DNA of 59,046 bases, counting the filler. It is 8 parts of 8 records of this genome, joined end to end, with 100 filler letters (N's around TTAATTAATTAA, not from the genome) between each part and the next. Parts side by side here need not be neighbours in the genome. Positions count along the whole stretch, not along the records: positions 1 to 14,890 come from SRR31156797_123051; positions 14,991 to 21,008 come from SRR31156797_123871; positions 21,109 to 27,111 come from SRR31156797_124583; 5 more parts are not named here. One strand, given 5' to 3'. Below, one piece after another: positions 12,154 through 22,082 of the stretch. The first letter of the stretch is position 1. Each line of letters opens with the position of its first letter. The notes beneath the pieces were generated by a model. The model saw nothing but the letters and a program-made list of their open reading frames with translations. It had not been told where the DNA came from and searched no databases. The position numbers and the translations under genes were made by a program.

Positions 12154-12230
12154 AAAAACACACGTCCGATTTTAAGAAGGGCCCAGGAACGTCCCGGGCC
12201 CCTCAGGAGGTAAAGGCGGATAGTCGCCGA

Positions 12231-13433
12231 TCAGTCCACTTCGGCGATGAACAGCGTTTCGAATTTGCCGTTCTTGTATTCGTTGACGACCATCGGCACC
12301 GAAATCTGGCGCTTCTGACCGAACGAGGTCATGCCGACATACTTCAGCTTGGCATCGCCCTTCATGTAGATATTTTCGGCGGCCAGCGTTTCCATGGTCT
12401 TCTTGAACTCGGCAACGCTCTCGATGGCGGCCGGGTTGGCCTTCAGGGTTTCGAGAATGTATTCCAGCGCATAGACCTTGGTGTTCGATTCGTCGTTGTA
12501 TTCGCCGAACATCTTGGTGTAGCGGGCGACGAATTCACGCATGGCGTCGGTGGCGATTTCCGGCGTCGAGGCACCGCCGACCGAAATGAAGCCGTTGGCG
12601 AGGTCGCCGGCGCCTTCCTTGAGCACGGCCGCGTCCTGCGCCGTTTCGGTCGAAATCAGGCCGGCATAACCGAGCTCGCGGGCGGCCCGGATCAACTGCG
12701 GCGCATTCGCCGGAGCGACGCCGGAAAGAACCAGCAGGTCGGGCTTGGTGCGCATCACCGGCGTCAGGACCGGCGAAAAATCGGTGGTGTCGACCTGATA
12801 GGTGATGTTGTCGGAAACGACTTCCAGGCCCAACGCCTTGGCTGCGGCGACGCCGCCTTCACGCTGGCTCAGCGGATCGGATTCGTTGGCCGAAACAAAG
12901 GCGACCTTTTTGACGCCCTTGTTCTCCTTCAGGTACTTGTAGATGGCCGGGCCCGACTGGTAGTTGGCGACCATGCCGAGGATGGCGTTGGAAGCCGGCG
13001 CCACGTACAGCGATTTCGGGAAGGCGTAGGGGAAATACATGATGTCGTTCTGTTCGGCGACCGGACGCACCGCGGCGGCGCCGTCATCGACGTTCGGGCC
13101 GACGACGTAGTGGATGCCTTCCTGGGCCATTTTCTCCATGCCGGCGATCGCCCGCTTCGGGTCTTTCTGATCGTCGAAGTTGACGATCTCGACGTCATAG
13201 GTGGTGCCGCCGATCTCGATCCCGCCAAGCTCGTTGATCCAGGCGGCGCGCGTCTGCATCGAGCGCACGTTGGAAATACCCCAGGCGGCGGCCGGGCCGC
13301 TGGTGACGCCGACAAAGCCGATCTTCAGCGTCTTGTTGGCGGCGCTGGCGCCGTCGATCCCGGCCAAAGCCAAGGATGCGGTTGCCATGGCGCCCACGGC
13401 CATGAACTTCAAAACATTCCGTCGTTTGATCAT
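12231..13433 (-). CDS. ABC substrate-binding protein (LivJ/K-like) with twin-arginine-like signal
   Basis: 'MIKRRNVLK' plus hydrophobic stretch; 'KIGFVGVTSGPAAAWG'; 'TDFSPVLT'. Confidence 0.88.
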   Translation of the reverse strand: MIKRRNVLKFMAVGAMATASLALAGIDGASAANKTLKIGFVGVTSGPAAAWGISNVRSMQTRAAWINELGGIEIGGTTYDVEIVNFDDQKDPKRAIAGMEKMAQEGIHYVVGPNVDDGAAAVRPVAEQNDIMYFPYAFPKSLYVAPASNAILGMVANYQSGPAIYKYLKENKGVKKVAFVSANESDPLSQREGGVAAAKALGLEVVSDNITYQVDTTDFSPVLTPVMRTKPDLLVLSGVAPANAPQLIRAARELGYAGLISTETAQDAAVLKEGAGDLANGFISVGGASTPEIATDAMREFVARYTKMFGEYNDESNTKVYALEYILETLKANPAAIESVAEFKKTMETLAAENIYMKGDAKLKYVGMTSFGQKRQISVPMVVNEYKNGKFETLFIAEVD

Positions 13434-13487
13434 TTTTTAACTCCCTGATGCCCGTCGCTAAGCAACCGGTCCGATTGGTGAAGTGGG

Positions 13488-13544
13488 AATTGTTAACAAT
13501 TTATCTGTTTATGTCTATCAGATAATTTTAAATTGTTAACAAAA
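13488..13544. promoter_or_regulatory. Two TTGTTAACAA palindromic operators, putative GntR/FadR-type sites
   Basis: AATTGTTAACAATT at 13488-13501 and AATTGTTAACAA at 13531-13542, in the AT-rich divergent spacer between the binding-protein gene and the GntR gene. Confidence 0.65.
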
Positions 13545-13633
13545 CATGGAATGAGTGTTAAATGTATGGGGCGTGCTTATAATCCTGAAACGTGATATGA
13601 GCGCTAAAACAGGGGACTAACGGCAGAGACACC

Positions 13634-14341
13634 ATGACGGGCATTGCAGGAACACAGGAAAACCGCGTCGACGCTTTGGAAGAAGAGGACATCGTCGACC
13701 GCATTTTCGAAGCCGTGATCGAACAGCGCCTGCCGCCGGGCACGAAACTGTCCGAATCGGCCTTGTGCGACGCCTTCGGGGTCGGCCGCATGCGCATCCG
13801 CCGCAGCCTGCTGATCCTGGCCAGCCGCAACATCGTCGATCTGCAATCGAACCGCGGCGCCTATATCTCGAGCCCGACCCAGAAACAGGCCCGCGACGTC
13901 TTCGAAGCCCGCCGCGAAATCGAACCGAACGTCTGCCGGCTCGCCGCGGCGCGGTCGAGCGGGGCCGACATCGACCGCCTGGAAAGCCATCTGGCGAAGG
14001 AACACGCGGCACATGCCGCCGACGACCGCCGCCTGGCGATCCGCCTGTCCGGCCTGTTCCACGTCGAACTGGCGAACATGGCCGGCAACCAGGTGATGGA
14101 ACAGATCGTCAAGGAACTGGTCACCCGCACGTCCCTGATCATCGGCATGTTCGGAGCGCCGGGCATGGGCAGCTGCCGGGTCGACGAGCACGCCGACCTG
14201 CTGAACGCCTTCAGAAGCGGCAGCCAGGACGACGCCGCCCGGATCATGGTCGCGCACCTGCAAAACATCGAAGCCCAGGTCGACCTGTCGACCGACCGGC
14301 AAACCGGCGTCGACCTGGTCGAAATGTTCGGCCGGGGCTGA
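13634..14341 (+). CDS. GntR family (FadR subfamily, FCD domain) transcriptional regulator
   Basis: 'LPPGTKLSESALCDAFGVGRMRIR', 'FHVELA..AGN', 'EHADLL'. Confidence 0.92.
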   Translation: MTGIAGTQENRVDALEEEDIVDRIFEAVIEQRLPPGTKLSESALCDAFGVGRMRIRRSLLILASRNIVDLQSNRGAYISSPTQKQARDVFEARREIEPNVCRLAAARSSGADIDRLESHLAKEHAAHAADDRRLAIRLSGLFHVELANMAGNQVMEQIVKELVTRTSLIIGMFGAPGMGSCRVDEHADLLNAFRSGSQDDAARIMVAHLQNIEAQVDLSTDRQTGVDLVEMFGRG

Positions 14342-14596
14342 CTTCGGCTCCGCCATCGGCCCGGCTAAAGCCTTCGCCGCTGCGCCCAGACCTGCCGGCC
14401 GGCAAGTTCGAAAAAACCGTCGGCACCGCCTGACCGGTTTTCGCCCAAAAAACCCACGTTTGCGCGGGATTTCCCGGCCCGTGCGGAGCCGACGCGGCCC
14501 GGCCATGCGCAACCGGCATGGATCGCGCCCTTGTTTATCGGGCTTTTACGGCCTATCTGGGCATGCTGACGAAAAACATGAAAAAGAGCGATCGAA

Positions 14597-14890
14597 ATGG
14601 GCCCCAACTCTAAAGGTGCGGTTCTGGGGCTTCTGGGCTTCGGGTTTTACGCCACGCACGACGTCATCGTGAAATACCTGGGCGCCACCTACAGCCCGGT
14701 CCAGATCCTGTTTTTCAGCGTCATTTTCGCCTTTCCCCTGGTTTCCTTCATGATGGTTCGCGACGCCAGGGCCGAGAACCTGCGGCCGCGCCACCCGTGG
14801 TGGACGGCGCTTCGCACCGTGACCATCCTGGTTTCCACGCTCTGCGCCTTTTACGCGTTTTCGGTCCTGCCGCTGGCCGAAACCTACGCC
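14597..14890 (+). CDS. DMT/EamA family transporter, 3'-truncated at contig end
   Basis: 'HDVIVKYL...QILFFS...FYAFSVLPLAETYA'; runs into N spacer. Confidence 0.8.
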
Positions 14891-14990
14891 NNNNNNNNNN
14901 NNNNNNNNNNNNNNNNNNNNNNNNNNNNNNNNNNTTAATTAATTAANNNNNNNNNNNNNNNNNNNNNNNNNNNNNNNNNNNNNNNNNNNN
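14891..14990. other. Artificial contig linker (N44-TTAATTAATTAA-N44)
   Basis: Identical linker also at 21009-21108, 27112-27211, 32410-32509, 41732-41831, 47384-47483 and 53623-53722; it has stops in all six frames; composition and gene style change across the linkers. Confidence 0.97.
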
Positions 14991-15641
14991 GATCAGTTCA
15001 TGATAGGTATCAAAATCACCTAAGTGAGGATCGATTCCATATGAGTTCGTCGGAGTATATCCGTGATAACAATTGATATAATTATTTTCGTAAACAGGGG
15101 TCATCCACAAAGCAGTGATACCCAGATCAAGCAAATAATCAAGATGGTTGATAATTCCGCGAAGATCTCCACCACGTCTCCCCCACTGATGATCGGGTCG
15201 GACAGGATCTTGGTGCCCTGGGATCTCATTACGCTCTTTATCACCATCGGCAAAACGATCGGGCATCAATAAATAGACCACATCTGAGCCATCGATCTTC
15301 ATGATCTTATGAGTCTTTCTTTCATTAATGGAATATTGAAATTTTACGATCTCTTCTTTTTCAGGATGTTTAAAATCAATGCTGAAATCACCGGCTTTTT
15401 TAATTTTTACCGTTACTGCGTAATAATGAGGATCATCGTATGTGGTTTTATGGATCAGTTTCACATTTTTACTTCTAACTTTTGCCTGCCATCCGCTGAA
15501 ATCATCGCCAAACACCAATATTTTCAGCGTATCATGTTCCATATTATTCCACCAATTTGGTGGTTCGGCATGAGAAATTTCCAGTGATAAAGCTAAACTA
15601 AACAATAAAGAAAGGATTAAAATCGGAATCAATCGTTTCAT
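14991..15641 (-). CDS. Secreted GH13 cyclomaltodextrinase/neopullulanase (SusA-like), 3'-truncated
   Basis: Signal peptide; 'EPPNWW' N-domain; 'YLLMPDRFADGD', 'GGDLRGIINHLDYL..LGITALW', 'YHGY'. Confidence 0.85.
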
Positions 15642-15697
15642 TAAATTTACCCTTAAATATTATTGTACGGACGCAATGTATTGCGTCGATACGATTT

Positions 15698-17056
15698 TCA
15701 TTTTAGTCTTTTTCTAAAAAGCAAGAACCAGACCAACAACCACACTGCGATCGCCCCCAGAGAAATGAACAATACCAGCCATGATCCGCTCATGACACAT
15801 AATGGCATGGCTATGGATGTCCATATCCCACCACCCATAAAAGGTTCATGCAATAATTGTTTATATCCAAAAGCTGAATAAGCCGGGGTTTCCTGATCAG
15901 GATCAACAACTCTTAATAAAAGCAGTCCGGTAGCCGTTACACCCATGGATTGCCCCATTTCAGCGATCGCACGTTCGAACCATGCATCGGGCAAAAGCCT
16001 TCTGGCCAGGAACATTACGCAAAATACGTTCCAGAGAATACCGACGAGAACAATGATCAGTAAAGGAAGCATTTTAGCTGAGACCAGTGATAAATTGATC
16101 ATGGCAATAGCGGAAACGATCAGGAAATCCAAAGCAGTACCGGATACTCGCTGCAGGATATTCCTGTCCAATATTTCCGGTTTTTTTATGACTTTTGATA
16201 TGAATAATTGAATCAGCAATCCACCTAACATCGAAAGTGGGAAAAGGGGAAATGAAGATAGAATACCGTTCTCCAGCAAAGCGGGTGAAAGAGATTCTAT
16301 TCCGGTCAAACCAAGCTTCATCAAGTAACCAATAAAGATAGCAATACCGACAATTGCAATATGCAAAGCAAGTGTATCTATCGAAGCGGAAAATACCGTC
16401 TGTTTACCTGCAGAAGGCTGATCTTCGGGATCATATATGCCAACGGTATTATTTTCGCTGATATCCTCGACTTTCTGTAGTTTTTTTACATGCCCTTTTT
16501 TAACGGCCCAGTTAACCAACCAGGTACCGACAATTATTGCGGAAACGATCCCCAATGTTGCCGATGTTAAAGCATAATCGGTTCCATCTGCCCAATTATA
16601 GGTTTTGAAAACTTCTGCCAGCCCGGCGGCTGTTCCATGACCACCTTCAAATCCAATTGGGATGATCACACCGAAATACTGAGGCAATTTGAATAAAGGC
16701 GCTATCAAGAGAATTGATAGGCCGATACCTGTTGCATACTGTCCCCATGCCACGATCTGACCATAGGCCAATTGCGGTCCACTCTGCTCCCATATTTTTG
16801 AGATCTTAGGGATCTTTACCCCAAGGAACAGGCAAGCAAAAATAATATTAATGAGAAAACCGGGAAGTTTTTTCCATCCTGCCGTTACTTCGGCAGGAAG
16901 AATATCCCCGGTAGATTGTAAGATGATAAGTCCAATTATACCGCCGATCACAGCTGCAGGCAAATAAAGGCGCTGCAAGAGCTTTATTTTAACACGTAAC
17001 ACCTTGCCGATCACCAACAAAATGCACAATGCAGAGAAAGACAGTACAATGGCCAT
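15698..17056 (-). CDS. Sodium:glutamate symporter (GltS/ESS) family protein
   Basis: 'LPAAVIGG', 'GFEGGHGTAAG', 'GQSMGVTATGLLLLRVVDP'. Confidence 0.85.
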   Translation of the reverse strand: MAIVLSFSALCILLVIGKVLRVKIKLLQRLYLPAAVIGGIIGLIILQSTGDILPAEVTAGWKKLPGFLINIIFACLFLGVKIPKISKIWEQSGPQLAYGQIVAWGQYATGIGLSILLIAPLFKLPQYFGVIIPIGFEGGHGTAAGLAEVFKTYNWADGTDYALTSATLGIVSAIIVGTWLVNWAVKKGHVKKLQKVEDISENNTVGIYDPEDQPSAGKQTVFSASIDTLALHIAIVGIAIFIGYLMKLGLTGIESLSPALLENGILSSFPLFPLSMLGGLLIQLFISKVIKKPEILDRNILQRVSGTALDFLIVSAIAMINLSLVSAKMLPLLIIVLVGILWNVFCVMFLARRLLPDAWFERAIAEMGQSMGVTATGLLLLRVVDPDQETPAYSAFGYKQLLHEPFMGGGIWTSIAMPLCVMSGSWLVLFISLGAIAVWLLVWFLLFRKRLK

Positions 17057-17064
17057 AGAATCCC

Positions 17065-19917
17065 TTATTTCAAGAGGAGCATTTTCCTTGTTTCTGAATG
17101 TCTTCCGGATGTTAGCTTATAAACATAAACACCGCTTGGCAATCCCGATGCATCAAAATTCAAGGAATATTCCCCGGCTGATTGATATCCGCTGACAAGG
17201 TTTGCAACCTTGCGGCCCGATATATCGTAAACATTCAAACTGACATCTGAATCATATGTTACCACGTAATCAATAGTCGTAAGCGGATTAAATGGGTTGG
17301 GATAATTCTGCTTTAGCTCAAAGGTCTGCGGTTTAACATTATCCAATGATACCAAAGGAGATGTCATTTTTTGATCTGTATATATCCTGTATTCACCGGG
17401 AGCCAGAGAAAATGTTGCATTAACATCCGAAACCGAAATGGTATCATCTTGAAAATACTCATACCACATACCTGCATGATGGAAAGCGGGAGTAATATTC
17501 TGAGTAACTACGTCAAAGTTACCCATGATAACCGCATTCATGTCTCCGGATAATTTAATGCGTTTGGCTGCTACATTATTTCCGACATCCAGATTAACAC
17601 CACCTGCCGAACTAAAGGTACTATAGTTAGCTCTCAGGTAATTCATAACCGAGAAAAGTTCATAAACATCATGACGATCGGGATCATCAAAATAGTCCCA
17701 TTTGATTGGTTTGTTTCCTGTGCGCCCATTATATTCGATGGAATAGCTATAACCAAGTTCCCCAAATTGCCAGATCATCTTGGGACCGGGTAAACTTAAT
17801 AGAAATACGGCTGATAGTTCAACACGATCCAAGCCCGTATCTTCAACTTTGATCAAATAGCTTCCATTGCTGTTACCATATTCCTTATTTCTATACATCA
17901 TGCGTTCTTCATCGTGACTTTCCATGAATCCGACCAAATGACGCCAGTTCCATCCACGGGAACCGTGATAGACACCGCCCAGATCAGATGAACCCAGATA
18001 ACCCATGCTGGCTTCACAGTAATTATGGTTTCCATTGCCCCAGAGCATCATGCCGTAATTTGACAGGTCGATCTCTTCACTGTTATCGGAAAAATGTTCG
18101 AGGATAACATATGCTGTTGGATCGGTCTCCCAGATCTTGTCTGCCATACGTTTTAAGATGGCAACACGACCCGCATCATAATTGCCCCAAAAGCCGACAT
18201 TATCACCGGAATTCGTTTGTGTAAACCCTTTTGACAGGTCAAAGCGATAGCCATCAACATGGTATTCTTCCAACCAGTATTTATTCACTCTATCTAAAAC
18301 ATATTTTGTATGTATGCTTTCATGATCTGCGTCATTGAAAACGTTAAAAGGGTGTCTGGCTGTGGTATTGAACCAAGGATTCGCTGAAGTAGGAGCACCA
18401 TAAGTGCCTTCGTTGTATAAACGCACCATGGGGTTTTGCCCTGTTGCGTGATTATAAACTACATCCAAAATAACGGCAATGCCATTCTCATGACAGATAT
18501 TGACGAATTCTTTGAATTTTTGGGCCGTTCCGTAATACTTGTCCAATGCAAAATAGAATGAGGGATTATAACCCCAACTTTCATTGCCCTCGAATTCACA
18601 AACCGGCATTAATTCTATTGCTGTAATACCAAGATCTTTTAAATAATCTATTTTATCAATGAGGGATTGGTAGGAATGTTGATATGTAAAATCACGTAAT
18701 AGCAGTTCGTAGATCACCAGATCGTCCTTATGGGGTTTTTCCCATTCACTGTCTGTCCAATTGAAACTATCCGGAGTCGGATCGAATACACCTACCGGGA
18801 AATCTGTTTTGCCGTGAGGATACTTTTTTAAATTGGGATAAACTGTTTCCGAAATATATTGATCGTTCCAGGGGTCCAGGACCAGTTCGCTGTATGCATC
18901 TGCTATCCTTATTTCACCATCTACATAATATTGGAATCCCTGAAGGCTATCCGGTAGACCTTCCAGAGTGATCCAGAATACCGTAGAATCAAAATTACGG
19001 ACGTCTTTCTTCATTTGATAGGCTGGATCGATCTTCCAATCGTTGAAATCCCCGATCAGATAAACAAAATTCTTATAAGGCGCAAATAAGGAAAATGATA
19101 TATCGGATCCATCCAAGGTAATACCATCTTTAATATTTACCGGACGTGCCTCATCATTGGCAGTATGAACAGCAAAGCATATTGCATCTGATGTATCAAT
19201 TTCACTGCCCTTGCTTCCAATAACATAAATATAATTTAATCCTGCTTGCATCGATGAAGGCAATAGATCGTATATCAAGCTATCAGAATCCGTATTACTC
19301 TCTACTTCGGTATCATTTAAATACAAGGTCAGGTTATCGGCAGTTTCATTTGCTCCAGCCACGATCTCAATTTCTGCTGTGTCGCTTTCGTAAACAAAGA
19401 TAGGTGTGCGTTCGGGCACTACATAATCCAAACTTGCCGATGGAGATAAAATTGCTACTGAGAATACATCTTCGTGTAAAGGAACGAAAATATCCCTACT
19501 ACCCTCATCTTTACCGGTCATTGATCCGGTTGAATTCCTGAAAACAAATGCCATTTCCAGAATTACCGTATCTTCGGGACAATTATAATAATCAAAAATA
19601 TTACCGATAACCAATTTGTAAAGGTTTGTTGAAATACGCGTTAGTTTATTTTCTTCCGTATTATCGGGAGATCCTTGCCCGGGCCAAGCCATCCAAACGT
19701 ATTTCCAATCACTGCTTCCGGAACTTCCTTTTGTGATCAAACCGGTATGCGCATAAACATCACCTGAATAACCCATTAAACCCTGATCCCCTTTTGAAGC
19801 ATCAAAATAGACCACGATCGAATCGTTCTTTGTTGCAAAAGCAGGCTCCGTATATACTGGATTTTGAGCAAACGCAAATACCGTTAATACGCATAATAGA
19901 AATGCTATTTTTTTCAT
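17065..19917 (-). CDS. Secreted GH13 alpha-amylase family enzyme with C-terminal sorting domain
   Basis: Signal peptide; CBM48-like 'FAPYK..VYLIGDFNDW'; GH13 regions DVVYNH, GYRFDLSKG, LEHF, SHDEER; C-terminal 'QNYPNPFNP...SGVYVYKL...RKMLLLK'. Confidence 0.9.
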   Translation of the reverse strand: MKKIAFLLCVLTVFAFAQNPVYTEPAFATKNDSIVVYFDASKGDQGLMGYSGDVYAHTGLITKGSSGSSDWKYVWMAWPGQGSPDNTEENKLTRISTNLYKLVIGNIFDYYNCPEDTVILEMAFVFRNSTGSMTGKDEGSRDIFVPLHEDVFSVAILSPSASLDYVVPERTPIFVYESDTAEIEIVAGANETADNLTLYLNDTEVESNTDSDSLIYDLLPSSMQAGLNYIYVIGSKGSEIDTSDAICFAVHTANDEARPVNIKDGITLDGSDISFSLFAPYKNFVYLIGDFNDWKIDPAYQMKKDVRNFDSTVFWITLEGLPDSLQGFQYYVDGEIRIADAYSELVLDPWNDQYISETVYPNLKKYPHGKTDFPVGVFDPTPDSFNWTDSEWEKPHKDDLVIYELLLRDFTYQHSYQSLIDKIDYLKDLGITAIELMPVCEFEGNESWGYNPSFYFALDKYYGTAQKFKEFVNICHENGIAVILDVVYNHATGQNPMVRLYNEGTYGAPTSANPWFNTTARHPFNVFNDADHESIHTKYVLDRVNKYWLEEYHVDGYRFDLSKGFTQTNSGDNVGFWGNYDAGRVAILKRMADKIWETDPTAYVILEHFSDNSEEIDLSNYGMMLWGNGNHNYCEASMGYLGSSDLGGVYHGSRGWNWRHLVGFMESHDEERMMYRNKEYGNSNGSYLIKVEDTGLDRVELSAVFLLSLPGPKMIWQFGELGYSYSIEYNGRTGNKPIKWDYFDDPDRHDVYELFSVMNYLRANYSTFSSAGGVNLDVGNNVAAKRIKLSGDMNAVIMGNFDVVTQNITPAFHHAGMWYEYFQDDTISVSDVNATFSLAPGEYRIYTDQKMTSPLVSLDNVKPQTFELKQNYPNPFNPLTTIDYVVTYDSDVSLNVYDISGRKVANLVSGYQSAGEYSLNFDASGLPSGVYVYKLTSGRHSETRKMLLLK

Positions 19918-20104
19918 GTTTTTTTCCTTGTTCGAGTCTCGATTAGTATAGGTTTAATTTTATGCTATTTTCACTTATATTTCAAGAGAAAAGCTAGATA
20001 AATAGTGAATTTTTAAAGCATTTTGTCCTTTTTAAAATTTTTATTATATTCAAATGCGGGCGGAGGGCTCGCAATACTTACATACACAGGATGGGAGAAC
20101 AATC

Positions 20105-20956
20105 ATGTCGCCTTTGCAAGTCACATTATCGATCTTAGTTATCTCGATCATTATTTCATTTTTCTATGGACTTTTTACACGCAATTATTCTACGGTGGAC
20201 CGCCTTTGGTCTATTCTGCCCGGCATATATGTCCTGGTTTGGATGCAGGATTATATGCACAATCCACGCTTTGTTATTGCTGCCATTATTGTAATCGCCT
20301 GGGCTTTGCGTTTATCGCTGAACTTTGCACGTCGCGGTGGATATGGATTTAATTTCAAGGAAGGTTTTACCGGAGAAGACTATCGCTGGGAAGTTCTACG
20401 TAAAAAGATTCCAAATCGTTTTGTCTTTGAGACCTTCAATCTCTTTTTCATTTCAGCATTTCAGCTGATCCTGGTTTTTATGATCACTCTCCCCCTCTAT
20501 TTCGTTGGACAATACGATGTACCTCTGGGGAATGTCGATTATCTGCTGTTTGGCTTGCACGCAATGTTCCTGATACTGGAGACAATAGCCGACAACCAAC
20601 AATACAAATACTATGCCGAACGCGAATCTAAAGAATTCAAAAACTCAGCAAGGCATCAGCTTGGTTTCAATACTTTCGGTTTATGGAAGCATTCCCGTCA
20701 TCCCAATTACGTTTGTGAAATGTCACAATGGGTGATCGTTGCACTTTACCTTTTCAATATGAACGGTGTTTGGCATTACAGCATGTTCGGTGCCGCTATT
20801 CTGATCCTGCTCTTTGTAGGAAGCACCAATATGGCAGAGAATATCACACTAGGCAAATATGTCCAATATAAAGAATGGCGGAAAGTTTCGGTGCCGTGGG
20901 TAACTTTACCGGGTGTGAATGTGAAAAGGAAAAGGAAATTTTTGGATTCTTTGTAA
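20105..20956 (+). CDS. DUF1295 (steroid 5-alpha-reductase-like) membrane protein
   Basis: 'NYSTVDRLWS', 'EDYRW', 'ETIADNQQ', 'GLWKHSRHPNY'; ATG 20105 preceded by GGGAG. Confidence 0.85.
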   Translation: MSPLQVTLSILVISIIISFFYGLFTRNYSTVDRLWSILPGIYVLVWMQDYMHNPRFVIAAIIVIAWALRLSLNFARRGGYGFNFKEGFTGEDYRWEVLRKKIPNRFVFETFNLFFISAFQLILVFMITLPLYFVGQYDVPLGNVDYLLFGLHAMFLILETIADNQQYKYYAERESKEFKNSARHQLGFNTFGLWKHSRHPNYVCEMSQWVIVALYLFNMNGVWHYSMFGAAILILLFVGSTNMAENITLGKYVQYKEWRKVSVPWVTLPGVNVKRKRKFLDSL

Positions 20957-20981
20957 TCTATCAAAATGTTTATGAAATAAA

Positions 20982-21008
20982 AAAGAGCTCCGAAATTCGG
21001 AGCTCTTT
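20982..21008. terminator. Probable intrinsic terminator hairpin
   Basis: AAAGAGCTCCG-AAATT-CGGAGCTCTTT, with an A-tract on the left; right side cut by contig end. Confidence 0.65.
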
Positions 21009-21110
21009 NNNNNNNNNNNNNNNNNNNNNNNNNNNNNNNNNNNNNNNNNNNNTTAATTAATTAANNNNNNNNNNNNNNNNNNNNNNNNNNNNNNNNNNNN
21101 NNNNNNNNCA

Positions 21111-21968
21111 GGCCTGAATATACTCGGTTACCTGCCCCGTCTGCCTGAATGCGAAATCGGCAGCCGTCATCTCGGCCTCGTCACCGCCAGCGAGATCACC
21201 AACATCCAAAAGAAAATCGAACGGCTTGGAAACGAGGCGGAAGCCGGAATTGACATGGACGCGCTTATGGCGCTGGCCTCAGCCGCGCCGCCCATAACCG
21301 GCAGCCTGCCGGAAATCCGACCCGCCGCAGCGTCAAAGCCGCTCATCGCCCTGGCTCGGGACGAGGCATTCTGCTTTTATTACGCGGATAATCTGGAGCT
21401 TTTGGAGCAGTTCGGCGCGGAGCTCATCCCATTCAGCCCCCTGCATGACGCGGCGCTGCCCGAGGGGGTCGGCGGCGTCTATCTTGGCGGCGGCTACCCG
21501 GAGCTTTACGCCCGTCAGCTCAGCCAGAACACGTCTATGCTTCAGAGCATTAAGACGGCTATCGGCGGCGGCCTGCCGGCCTTTGCCGAGTGCGGCGGCT
21601 TTTTATACCTGCACGATTCACTTGAGGACGACGGCGGCACAGCCTATCCGATGGCCGGCGTAATCAAAGGACGCGGCTTTCAGACGGACCGCCTTCAGCG
21701 CTTCGGTTATATTCAGCTGACGTCCGGCACAGACAATGTCCTGTGTCCCGACGGCACATGTGTTCCCGGACATGAATTTCATTACTGGGATTCCACCGCC
21801 AATGGCGACGCCTGTATGGCGCAGCGCGCAAACGGCAAAAGCTGGCCGTGCGTGGCGGCGTCTAAAACGCTATTCGCCGGCTTCCCGCATCTGTATTTTT
21901 ACGGCAACCCGTCCGTGGCGGAAAACTTTGTCAAAGCCGCGGCGGCGTATCTGGAAAATCAAATGTAG
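21111..21968 (+). CDS. cbiA: Cobyrinate a,c-diamide synthase, 5'-truncated
   Basis: Frame open from the contig start ('SRHLGL'); 'ARDEAFCFYY', 'GGGYPEL', 'AECGGFLYL', 'HEFHY'. Confidence 0.92.
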   Translation, partial: GLNILGYLPRLPECEIGSRHLGLVTASEITNIQKKIERLGNEAEAGIDMDALMALASAAPPITGSLPEIRPAAASKPLIALARDEAFCFYYADNLELLEQFGAELIPFSPLHDAALPEGVGGVYLGGGYPELYARQLSQNTSMLQSIKTAIGGGLPAFAECGGFLYLHDSLEDDGGTAYPMAGVIKGRGFQTDRLQRFGYIQLTSGTDNVLCPDGTCVPGHEFHYWDSTANGDACMAQRANGKSWPCVAASKTLFAGFPHLYFYGNPSVAENFVKAAAAYLENQM

Positions 21969-22040
21969 GGGCAGATTCCATATCTGCCCAACACGTGTAA
22001 ATAAACGCCCTTGGCGGGCGGATATGGAATCCGCCCCTAC
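21965..22040. repeat. Inverted pair of GTAG-family REP elements (REPIN-like)
   Basis: GTAGGGGCAGATTCCATATCTGCCC (21965-21989) and inverted GGGCGGATATGGAATCCGCCCCTAC (22016-22040). Confidence 0.8.
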
Positions 22041-22082
22041 ATAGTCCCTTTATTAATCAATCAACAGGAGGATCACACTCCT

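Noticed and set aside
14935-14946. Recurring TTAATTAATTAA as a biological repeat or CRISPR
   Set aside because: Always centred in N runs; an artificial six-frame-stop linker
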